DNA of 10,736 nucleotides, from the NCBI GenBank assembly GCA_040218735.1, contig JAVJQW010000044.1, forward strand, positions 1 to 10,736, read 5' to 3'. Source of the DNA: Deltaproteobacteria bacterium (GTDB lineage: Bacteria; Myxococcota; Kuafuiibacteriia; Kuafuiibacteriales; Kuafuiibacteriaceae). A program made the position numbers and the translations under genes. A model generated the notes under the pieces. The model was not told the DNA's origin. It worked only from the letters and a program-made list of their open reading frames with translations, and made no database searches. This document shows, piece after piece, positions 1-7,027 of this stretch; within the stretch, counting starts at the first letter, position 1; every line of letters begins with the position of its first letter.

Positions 1-1
1 G

Positions 2-265
2 CACAAGAGTCGGCTCGGACGCGAGCTTGTCGGCCAGGACGACGTCGAGGGCTACGCCTTCGAGGAGCTGGTCGCAGAGCTCGGGGCCGCGTTCCTGGCG
101 GCGCAATGCGGGCTGCCGCCGGACGACCGGCACCACGCGGCGTACCTGCAGAGTTGGATCGCCGTCCTGGAGAAGGACCCGGGCGCTTTCGTGCGAGCCG
201 CATCCCAAGCACGCAAGGCGAGTGAGTTCCTCATGGCGACCGCAGCGATCGAGCAGGCGGCGTAG
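2..265 (+). CDS. ardC: ArdC-family antirestriction protein, C-terminal zincin-like metallopeptidase domain (5'-partial)
   Basis: Not in the ORF track. Frame 2 is open from the window edge to TAG 263-265 and reads HKSRLGRELVGQDDVEGYAFEELVAELGAAFLAAQCGLPPDDRHHAAYLQSWIAVLEKDPGAFVRAASQARKASEFLMATAAIEQAA. This matches the ArdC C-terminal pattern H.sRL.R...YA.EELVAELGAAFL...HA.Yi.SW...L...f.AAsqA.kA.dfl. Confidence 0.9.
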   Translation, partial: HKSRLGRELVGQDDVEGYAFEELVAELGAAFLAAQCGLPPDDRHHAAYLQSWIAVLEKDPGAFVRAASQARKASEFLMATAAIEQAA

Positions 266-292
266 GGGACGCGACGAAGGAGGGACTTCACG

Positions 293-529
293 ATGAACGC
301 TTCGAGTTCACGACCGCCCAAGCCGAGCCTCGAGGTTGGCGACCCAGTTCGGGTGCGCGGAGAGCTGCGCACGATCGCCCGCGAGCCCTTCTGGCTCGAT
401 GACATGCAACGATGGCGCGTCCTGACGAACAACCCCGACCGCACGCAGCAGTTCGTCGACTGCGACGTGCTCGTGCTTTTGGCGCAGCTTTCACTCTTCG
501 GGGAGCAGGAGGAGACCACCGATGCCTAG
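293..529 (+). CDS. Hypothetical 78-aa protein with a KOW/SH3-like start (LEVGDPVRVRG) and a C-terminal QLSLF clamp-binding motif
   Basis: Strong SD GAAGGAGG at 276-283 before ATG 293. Lies 27 nt after the ardC stop and overlaps the next start at 522. QLSLF is at 485-499. Confidence 0.75.
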   Translation: MNASSSRPPKPSLEVGDPVRVRGELRTIAREPFWLDDMQRWRVLTNNPDRTQQFVDCDVLVLLAQLSLFGEQEETTDA

Positions 530-766
530 CGACGACCGGCTCGACCCCAAGCTGGCCGCGACCCTCGACGTCATGAACCGCCTCGGCAGCGTCACCGTGA
601 AGCGAACCATCTTCGGTGACCGGTGGTGTCCGGAGGGCGCTGGGCGACAGCTGACGCGACTTCGACTCGACCGACCCGTTCAGGCCGGACGGCTTCGTCG
701 CGAGGTCGACGGTGAAGTTGTTCGGTACACCACGAAAGAGGCCGCGGACTTCACTACACGAACGCG
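522..766 (+). CDS. Winged-helix-like small protein; its own stop appears lost and the frame stays open to 1169 (3' boundary approximate)
   Basis: SD AGGAGGAG at 507-514 and ATG 522 overlapping the upstream gene. RLDRPVQAGRLRREVDGEVVRYT resembles a wHTH recognition helix plus wing (L..LV..G.L.R.....Y). Sequence beyond about 770 is the antisense of an FGE relic. Confidence 0.5.
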
Positions 767-830
767 CCATCGCGATGTTCCCCAGCATGTCGTGCAGGCC
801 GAACGCGTTGCGGACGCCGAGCTTGACACC
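767..830 (-). pseudogene. Relic of a formylglycine-generating enzyme (FGE-sulfatase/SUMF1) domain gene
   Basis: Minus strand 809-771 reads NAFGLHDMLGNIA, then one base, then TGG (769-767). This is the family signature N.FGL.DM.GNv.EW with 2 nt missing from the Glu codon. Flanking sequence does not clearly continue the domain. Confidence 0.7.
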
Positions 831-851
831 CGCGCTTCCATCGAAGAGCGT
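823..851 (+). promoter_or_regulatory. Candidate sigma70-type promoter for the leader-czcCBA unit
   Basis: Perfect TTGACA at 823-828, 17-nt spacer, weak -10 GAGCGT at 846-851. The predicted +1 falls near GTG 858 (leaderless). An imperfect dyad CGCGCTTC-catc-GAAGAGCG (831-850) overlaps the spacer and -10. Confidence 0.35.
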
Positions 852-857
852 TGCAGC

Positions 858-1169
858 GTGCAAAAGCACGTCGTGTTCCTGCTGCTCCTGGGTATGACGC
901 CCAGTATCGAAGTGGCCGAAAACGCCGTGCATCTGGTGCTTGAGGGCCACACCGCCCACGCCGTGGACGACGAGCACCACGACACAACCGGTGAACACGG
1001 CTGCACCGGCATATTCCACGCTTGCGTTTGCCACGCTTCACCGCTGTTCGTCGCATCCGAGGCTGGCATCGTCGAGCCCCAGACTCGACCGGATGCCGTC
1101 CCGGGACACGCCGGCGCGACGCAGGCTGACGGACACGGACGCGCTCTGCTGCGACCTCCGATCACCTGA
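858..1169 (+). CDS. His/Cys-rich exported leader protein (CzcI/DUF2946-like architecture), 103 aa
   Basis: GTG 858 is in frame with ORF 522-1169. It gives a short basic N-terminus and hydrophobic stretch (MQKHVVFLLLLG), 11 His and 3 Cys (DDEHHDTTGEHGCTGIFHACVCH), and a C-terminal LLRPPIT. It sits directly upstream of czcC. The start codon is inferred. Confidence 0.7.
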   Translation: MQKHVVFLLLLGMTPSIEVAENAVHLVLEGHTAHAVDDEHHDTTGEHGCTGIFHACVCHASPLFVASEAGIVEPQTRPDAVPGHAGATQADGHGRALLRPPIT

Positions 1170-1273
1170 TCGAACCGAACATTCTGAGTCGTTAGCGGGT
1201 GCTTGAGCGATGCACTCGCGGTCGGCGGATCGTGGCGCCCGTGCGCGCTCGCGATCCACAGGAGTCGTTTCTT

Positions 1274-2536
1274 ATGCTGCGCGCATGGGTTCTGCGGGCC
1301 GTCTGGCTTGCGGTGCCCACGGTCGGGCCGTCGTCGGTCCAGGCCGCGGGCCCAACACCAATAGACCTCGAGAGCGCGATACGGCGCGCGCTCGAAAACG
1401 GGCCTGCGCTGACGATCGCCCGGGCTCGGGTCCAAGAAGCGTCGGGACGTCTGACGTCTGCACGGACGTGGCCGATCAATCCGACGCTCGGAGGTTCCGC
1501 CAACGCTCGAAGCACCGGTGCAGGCACAGGGCTCGACTTCGAGATCGGTATCGCGCAGCAAATCGAGATCGGCGGACAAATCGGCGATCGGACAGAGGCA
1601 GCGAGTGCGGACCTCGACTCGGCAGAGCATGTCCAACGGCGCGCGCTGAAAGCAACCGCAACGGCTGCCGGTTTGGCCTTCGTCACTGCACAGGCGCAAC
1701 GCGATCTCCTCGCCGTTCGCACACGCGACCGGTCGCTCACCAAGGAGCTGTTCGAGCTCGCTCGACGCCGAATGGAGCGCGGTGCCGGGACTCAGCTCGA
1801 CCTCAGCGCAGCGGCAAGCGAGCTGGCCAGGACCGAGACGGCCATGCGACGCGCAAGCGCATCGCATCGAGCGGCCCTCGCACGCCTCGCCGAGGTCATG
1901 GGAGCGGACCCCGCCCTTCCGATCGAGGTCGCAGGCCCCTTGGTGACGCCAGCCGTTTCGTTCCCGGACGACATCGTCAAGACCGCCCTCGCCGCACGGG
2001 CCGATCTCGCTGCCGTACGCGCACAGGTGGCTCGCGCACGAGCTGAGTCTCGGCTCGCGCGGGCCCGACGGTGGCCAAACGTCACCGTTCGTGTGTTCGC
2101 CGGCCGTGAGAACGACGTTGAGACGCTCGTGGGCGGGGGGCTGTCGATCCCAATCCCTCTCTTCATGCGCAATCAGGGCGGTGTCGAGGTCGCGGACGCT
2201 GTCGTGACCCGCTCCGAAGCCCAGCTCGGTATGGCCGAGTTGCGCGTCCGAGCCGAGGTGATCGCGGCCGCCGCGGCGAAGGACGCTGCGGTCGAGAACG
2301 CGAACACGATGAAGACGCTGGTCAGCGGGACGCTCGAGCCGAACCTCGACCTACTCCGCCGGGCCTTCGAAGCCGGAAAGGCGACGTGGCCCGAGGTCCT
2401 CTTGCTCCGACGAACGTTCGTTGAAGCGGAGGCCGAAATGATCGCGTCCGAGGCGGACGCAGCTCGGGCAACGTTGGAACTCCAGCTCGCGTGCGGCACG
2501 ACGCCGATCCCGGCCTCGACAGGAGACACACCATGA
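1274..2536 (+). CDS. czcC: TolC/CzcC-family outer membrane efflux protein
   Basis: SD CAGGAG at 1259-1264 and ATG 1274 (preferred over the track start at 1199). Signal peptide, OEP-type motifs (LESAIRRALENGP, WPINPTL, IAQQIEIGG, GLSIPIPLFMRNQG, AFEAGK). ATGA overlap with czcB. Confidence 0.9.
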   Translation: MLRAWVLRAVWLAVPTVGPSSVQAAGPTPIDLESAIRRALENGPALTIARARVQEASGRLTSARTWPINPTLGGSANARSTGAGTGLDFEIGIAQQIEIGGQIGDRTEAASADLDSAEHVQRRALKATATAAGLAFVTAQAQRDLLAVRTRDRSLTKELFELARRRMERGAGTQLDLSAAASELARTETAMRRASASHRAALARLAEVMGADPALPIEVAGPLVTPAVSFPDDIVKTALAARADLAAVRAQVARARAESRLARARRWPNVTVRVFAGRENDVETLVGGGLSIPIPLFMRNQGGVEVADAVVTRSEAQLGMAELRVRAEVIAAAAAKDAAVENANTMKTLVSGTLEPNLDLLRRAFEAGKATWPEVLLLRRTFVEAEAEMIASEADAARATLELQLACGTTPIPASTGDTP

Positions 2537-3759
2537 AGCGCGTCATCGCGACACTACTCTTCACCGGGCTTTTGGCCTGTCCGAAGGAGGACCATCGCCA
2601 CTCGGAGGACGATGAGCAGGTACAACAGGGCGCTTATGACACACCCGACGAAGAGGACCACCACGACGAAGGTCATGATCGGATCGTCGAGCTCACACCG
2701 GAAGCGTTCGCACGGATTCGAATTCCGACCGCTGCCGCCCAACTTCGAGCTGTCGGGCACGTGCTTTCGACGACGGGGCGCGTCGACTTCGATCAGGATC
2801 ATTTCGCGCACGTCGCGCCGCGGGTACCGGGCCGAGTGCATCGAGTGGACGTGTCGCTGGGGGCCAGCGTGAAGCGCGGGCAGATCCTTGCGGTCATCGA
2901 CTCCCTCGAGCTAGGCCGAACCAAGAGTGTGCTGCTTCGCGCGAGGTCGCAGCTCGAGCTCGCCGAGAAGACGCTCGCACGCGAGCGCGAGCTCGCGGCC
3001 GATCGCATCACCAGCCAGCAATCCCTGCTTGAGTCGAAGGCGGCGGTCCAGGCCGCCCGAGCGGAGTATCAGGCGGCTCGCCAGAGCCTGAAGCTCCTCG
3101 GGCTGACCGACGCTCAGCTCGATCGAGTCGACTACGACGACCCCGCGGCAGCGCACTTCCCTATCCGTTCCCCGATCGCGGGCACGGTCGTCGAGAAGCA
3201 CGTCAACCTCGGCGAGGTGGTCGCACCGGACGCCAATCTGTACTCGATCGCTGATCTGTCGCGAGTCTGGATCTGGATCGATGTCTACGAACGCGATCTC
3301 GGACGCGTCCACCTGGAAGACCACGTCGTCGTGACGGTCGCAGCGTATCCCGGTCGAACTTTCGAGGGTGCCGTCGCGTACATCCGAAGTCAGATCGACC
3401 CGGCGACCCGAACCGCACAAGCCAGGATCGACGTCCCTAACGAGGACGGCGCACTTCGACCCGGGATGTTCGCGAAGGTCTCCGTCGCGGACACGCACCC
3501 GATCAGCGGCGAATTGAAGGTTGAATCGATCGTCGTCCCTGCCTCCGCCGTCCAACGAGACGGCGATGCGTCGATCGTGTTCGTGAGCCTGGGTGAGCGA
3601 CGATACGAACGCCGGGAGGTCGCGCTCGGACGGCGCGCCGAGACGTACATCGAGATCCTGTCGGGCCTCGACGCAGGCGAGACCGTCGTGACGGGAGGGA
3701 CGTTCTTCCTCAAGTCGGAAGCCGCCAAGGGTGCGATGGGCGGCGGACACAGTCACTGA
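2533..3759 (+). CDS. czcB: CzcB/CusB-family RND periplasmic adaptor (lipoprotein)
   Basis: SD AGGAG at 2521-2525 and ATG 2533. Lipobox LLAC (Cys16), acidic His-rich N-terminal tract, MFP motifs (VAPRVPGRV, IRSPIAGTV, IADLSRVW, LRPGMF, VPASAV), C-terminal GGGHSH. Confidence 0.93.
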   Translation: MKRVIATLLFTGLLACPKEDHRHSEDDEQVQQGAYDTPDEEDHHDEGHDRIVELTPEAFARIRIPTAAAQLRAVGHVLSTTGRVDFDQDHFAHVAPRVPGRVHRVDVSLGASVKRGQILAVIDSLELGRTKSVLLRARSQLELAEKTLARERELAADRITSQQSLLESKAAVQAARAEYQAARQSLKLLGLTDAQLDRVDYDDPAAAHFPIRSPIAGTVVEKHVNLGEVVAPDANLYSIADLSRVWIWIDVYERDLGRVHLEDHVVVTVAAYPGRTFEGAVAYIRSQIDPATRTAQARIDVPNEDGALRPGMFAKVSVADTHPISGELKVESIVVPASAVQRDGDASIVFVSLGERRYERREVALGRRAETYIEILSGLDAGETVVTGGTFFLKSEAAKGAMGGGHSH

Positions 3760-3768
3760 GGTGCGGCA

Positions 3769-6700
3769 ATGATCAAACGAATCATCGACCTCTCGTTATC
3801 GCATCGCGTCCTCGTGATTTTTGCGTGGCTGCTGCTGTGCGTGGTCGGCATCGACTCGATGCGTACGCTCCCCATCGACGCCGTACCCGACGTCACGAAC
3901 GTACAGGTGCAGGTCTTGACGAACAGCCCCGGCCTCGCGCCCGAGGAGGTCGAGCGCTTCATCACCTTCCCGGTGGAAACAGCGATGAGCGGTCTGCCGA
4001 AGGTGGAAGAGATCCGCTCGGTCTCCAAGTTCGGCCTCTCGGTCGTGACGATCGTCTTCGAGGAGGGCACCGACATCTTCTGGAGCCGCCAAATGGTGGG
4101 CGAACGTCTCGCCGCCGCGCGCGAACAGATCCCGGAGGAGTACGGCGAACCCGAGATGGGTCCCATCTCCACCGGTCTCGGAGAGATCTACCAGTTCGAG
4201 GTCAAAGGCGAACCGATGTGCGGCGCGAACGCGCCGGACACGGATGCCTGTTACACACCGATGGAGCTGCGGACGATCCTCGACTGGTATGTGAACTACC
4301 AGCTCCGCTCCGTGCCGGGCATCGTCGAGGTCAATGCGTTCGGTGGCGAGCTCAAGACCTATCAGGTGACCCTCGACCCCGATCGACTGGTGGCGCACGG
4401 CATCAGCACGGGCCAGATCCTCGCGGCGCTCGAAGAGAACAACCGCAACGTCGGCGGCGGCTACATCGCGCACCAGGGCGAACAGTACCTCGTTCGTGGC
4501 GAGGGGCTGGTTCAGAGCCTGGACGACCTGGCCACCGTCGTCATCTCTCACGACGAGCACGGCACGCCGGTGTACGTCGGCGATCTCGGGCGCGTCGAGC
4601 TCGCGCCGGTCATCCGGCAAGGCGCGGTCACGAGGGACGGGCGCGGCGAGGCCGTCGTGGGGATCGTCATGATGTTGATGGGCGAGAACTCGCGCACCGT
4701 CGTCAATCGCGTAAAGGAGCGGATCGGACAGATCGAAGCGACGCTCCCACCCGGTGTCACGATCGATACCTACTACGACCGGACCGAGCTGGTGAACGCC
4801 ACGATCGTCACCGTCGCGCGAAACCTCCTCGAAGGGGGCCTTCTGGTGGTCGTCGTGTTGCTGCTGCTGTTGGGCAGCTTCCGCGGGGGCCTGATCGTCG
4901 CGTTGGCGATCCCGCTTTCGTTCGTCGTCGCCATCATCGGCATGCGGATCTTTGGCCTGTCGGCCAACCTGATGAGCCTCGGAGCCATCGACTTCGGCAT
5001 CATCGTCGATGGGGCCGTGGTCATGATCGAGAACGTCGTGCGCGTCGTGCACGAGCGCCGCGGGGATCCGACGCCCCATCGCGAGAAGATCCGCAGCGCT
5101 GCGCATCAAGTCGGGCGTCCGGTCGTCTTCGCGGTGGGTATCATCACGATCATCTACCTTCCGATCCTCGGGCTCCGAGGGATCGAGGGAAAGATGTTCA
5201 GACCGATGGCGCTGACCGTCGCGTTCGCGCTCGCGGGGTCGCTCGTCTGCGCGCTGACGCTGATGCCGGTGCTCGCCGACATCTTCCTCCGAAGAGTCTC
5301 GGAGAAGGAGCCATGGCTGTTTCGGACGGCGCGGCGGCTGTACGAGCCACTTCTCGAGCGCGTGATGGGCAGCAAGAAGCGAACGGTCGGCGTTGCCGCG
5401 GCGCTGTTCTGGGCGAGTCTCGTCCTGGTTCCGTTCCTCGGTGCGGAGTTCATTCCGCGCCTCGACGAAGGCTCGATCGCGATGCAGATCTGGCGACTAC
5501 CGAGCATCTCGCTCGAGCAATCCAACGAGATAAGCACGATCGCCGAGCAGGTTCTCCACGACGAATTCCCCGAGGTCGAAACGGTCGTCTCGCGGACCGG
5601 GCGTGCGGAGATCGCGACCGACCCGATGGGGGTGGAGATCAGCGACACGTACATCGTTCTGAAACCGCCAGAGACGTGGCGGTTCGACACGAAGGAGGAG
5701 CTGGTCGAGGCCATCAACCAGACGATGACCACCCACGTGCCCGGCGCGATTTTCAGCTACTCGCAGCCCATCGAGCTCCGGGTTCAGGAGTTGATTTCCG
5801 GGGTTCGCTCGGACGTCGCCGTCCATCTGTACGGCGACGACCTCGGGATGTTGAAGGAGAAGGCGGACGAGATCGCCCGCGTCGTCCAGGAGATTGATGG
5901 TGCCGCCGACGTCAAGGCAGAGCAGACGCAGGGGCTTCCGATGCTCCGCGCCGAGGTCGACCGGAAAGCGATCGCACGCTACGGGCTCAACGCAGCCAAC
6001 GTTCTCGACGTCATCGAAACGGTCGGCGGAAAGCGCGTGGGTACCGTCGTCGAGGGTCAGAAGCGGTTTGCGCTCCAGGTGCGATTCGACCCGGGACGCA
6101 TCGTCCGACCCGAGGCCATCCGTGACCTCCGCGTCGCGGTGCCGCGGACGGACGGACCGGCCTTCCAGATTCCGATCTCGCAGCTCGCCAATATCTCGAT
6201 CGCCGACGGGCCCGCGCAGATCAGCCGCAATCGCGTCAGCCGTCGGATCAACGTCGAAGCCAACGTGCGCGGTCGCGATCTCGCATCGTTCGTCAGAGAA
6301 GCCCAGGCGGCGGTCTCGAAGGTCCGCCTTCCCCCCGGCTGGACGGTCGAGTGGGGCGGGCAGTTCGAGAACCTGCAGGCGGCGGCGGAACGCCTCGCGG
6401 TGCTCGTGCCGCTCGCGCTCCTTCTGATCTTCATGCTGCTCTACTCGACTTTCAACTCGGGACGCCTCGCCAGTCTCATCTACTTGAACGTGCCGATGGC
6501 GATCACCGGGGGGCTCGTCGCGCTCGCGGTCCGCGGCTACCCGTTGTCGATCTCCGCGGGCGTCGGGTTCATCGCGCTCTTTGGCGTCGCTGTGTTGAAC
6601 GGCGTCGTCTTGACGGCGTACATCGTTGAGCGGCGCGCCGCCGGCGACGATCCAGAGCAAGCCGCACGACAGTCGGCACGGGCGCGTCTCCGCCCCGTGC

Positions 6701-6900
6701 TGATGACCGCTCTGACCGACATCATCGGATTCGCGCCGATGGCGGTTGCGACGTCGGCCGGCGCCGAAGTGCAAAGCCCGCTTGCGACCGTGGTCATCGG
6801 GGGACTCGTCACATCAACACTGCTGACCCTGCTCGTCCTGCCGGCGGCCTACGCCGGTATCACCACCCTCCATACTGAAAGGAACAACGACGCGTTCTGA
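3769..6900 (+). CDS. czcA: CzcA/CusA-family heavy-metal efflux RND transporter (divalent-cation CzcA type)
   Basis: 1043 aa, SD GAGGT upstream. LPIDAVPDVTNVQVQV, GPISTGLGEIYQ, SANLMSLGAIDFGIIVDGAVVMIEN (CzcA TM4 acidic motif), GIEGKMFRPMA, GAEFIPRLDEG, GRAEIATDPMG, RLRPVLMTAL, GAEVQSPLATVVIGG. Confidence 0.96.
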   Translation: MIKRIIDLSLSHRVLVIFAWLLLCVVGIDSMRTLPIDAVPDVTNVQVQVLTNSPGLAPEEVERFITFPVETAMSGLPKVEEIRSVSKFGLSVVTIVFEEGTDIFWSRQMVGERLAAAREQIPEEYGEPEMGPISTGLGEIYQFEVKGEPMCGANAPDTDACYTPMELRTILDWYVNYQLRSVPGIVEVNAFGGELKTYQVTLDPDRLVAHGISTGQILAALEENNRNVGGGYIAHQGEQYLVRGEGLVQSLDDLATVVISHDEHGTPVYVGDLGRVELAPVIRQGAVTRDGRGEAVVGIVMMLMGENSRTVVNRVKERIGQIEATLPPGVTIDTYYDRTELVNATIVTVARNLLEGGLLVVVVLLLLLGSFRGGLIVALAIPLSFVVAIIGMRIFGLSANLMSLGAIDFGIIVDGAVVMIENVVRVVHERRGDPTPHREKIRSAAHQVGRPVVFAVGIITIIYLPILGLRGIEGKMFRPMALTVAFALAGSLVCALTLMPVLADIFLRRVSEKEPWLFRTARRLYEPLLERVMGSKKRTVGVAAALFWASLVLVPFLGAEFIPRLDEGSIAMQIWRLPSISLEQSNEISTIAEQVLHDEFPEVETVVSRTGRAEIATDPMGVEISDTYIVLKPPETWRFDTKEELVEAINQTMTTHVPGAIFSYSQPIELRVQELISGVRSDVAVHLYGDDLGMLKEKADEIARVVQEIDGAADVKAEQTQGLPMLRAEVDRKAIARYGLNAANVLDVIETVGGKRVGTVVEGQKRFALQVRFDPGRIVRPEAIRDLRVAVPRTDGPAFQIPISQLANISIADGPAQISRNRVSRRINVEANVRGRDLASFVREAQAAVSKVRLPPGWTVEWGGQFENLQAAAERLAVLVPLALLLIFMLLYSTFNSGRLASLIYLNVPMAITGGLVALAVRGYPLSISAGVGFIALFGVAVLNGVVLTAYIVERRAAGDDPEQAARQSARARLRPVLMTALTDIIGFAPMAVATSAGAEVQSPLATVVIGGLVTSTLLTLLVLPAAYAGITTLHTERNNDAF

Positions 6901-6957
6901 GATCCGTCTTCCATGTATCGCGGGCGCGACTCCGGTCTATGGCTGCACCTACGCGCA

Positions 6958-6988
6958 GCCGCCGACATCTCTCGTCGCGGCGTTGTTT
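6958..6988 (+). terminator. Possible weak intrinsic terminator after czcA
   Basis: GCCG(C)CGAC at 6958-6966 pairs with GTCGCGGC at 6974-6981 around a 7-nt loop, followed by GTTGTTT. The U-tract is imperfect. Confidence 0.25.
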
Positions 6989-7027
6989 GCTCTGGCACGA
7001 TTCCGTCGACCCCATCGAAAGGCAACC

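Noticed and set aside
27-296. Track ORF 27..296 (+)
   Set aside because: Arg/Ser-rich off-frame shadow. The real gene is ardC in frame 2 (2-265).
735-766. RVVKSAASF on the minus strand as the FGE RVxRGGS motif
   Set aside because: Poor match, too close to the EW, and overlapping the wHTH-like coding region.
288-1034. 248-aa minus-strand ORF as an intact FGE-domain gene
   Set aside because: Only about 13 residues match FGE and EW is frameshifted. The rest is antisense to plus-strand genes with good SDs.
1199-1273. Track start of czcC at 1199 (likewise 2491, 6983 and 10729 for other genes)
   Set aside because: Downstream ATGs (1274, 2533, 7028, 10642) have SDs and place signal peptides at the N-terminus.
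680-6812. Long alternative-frame and antisense ORFs over czcCBA (680..1867, 1210..2046, 2911..3756, 3796..5109, 3825..5897, 5497..6774)
   Set aside because: Typical stop-poor shadows of high-GC genes with no recognisable motifs.
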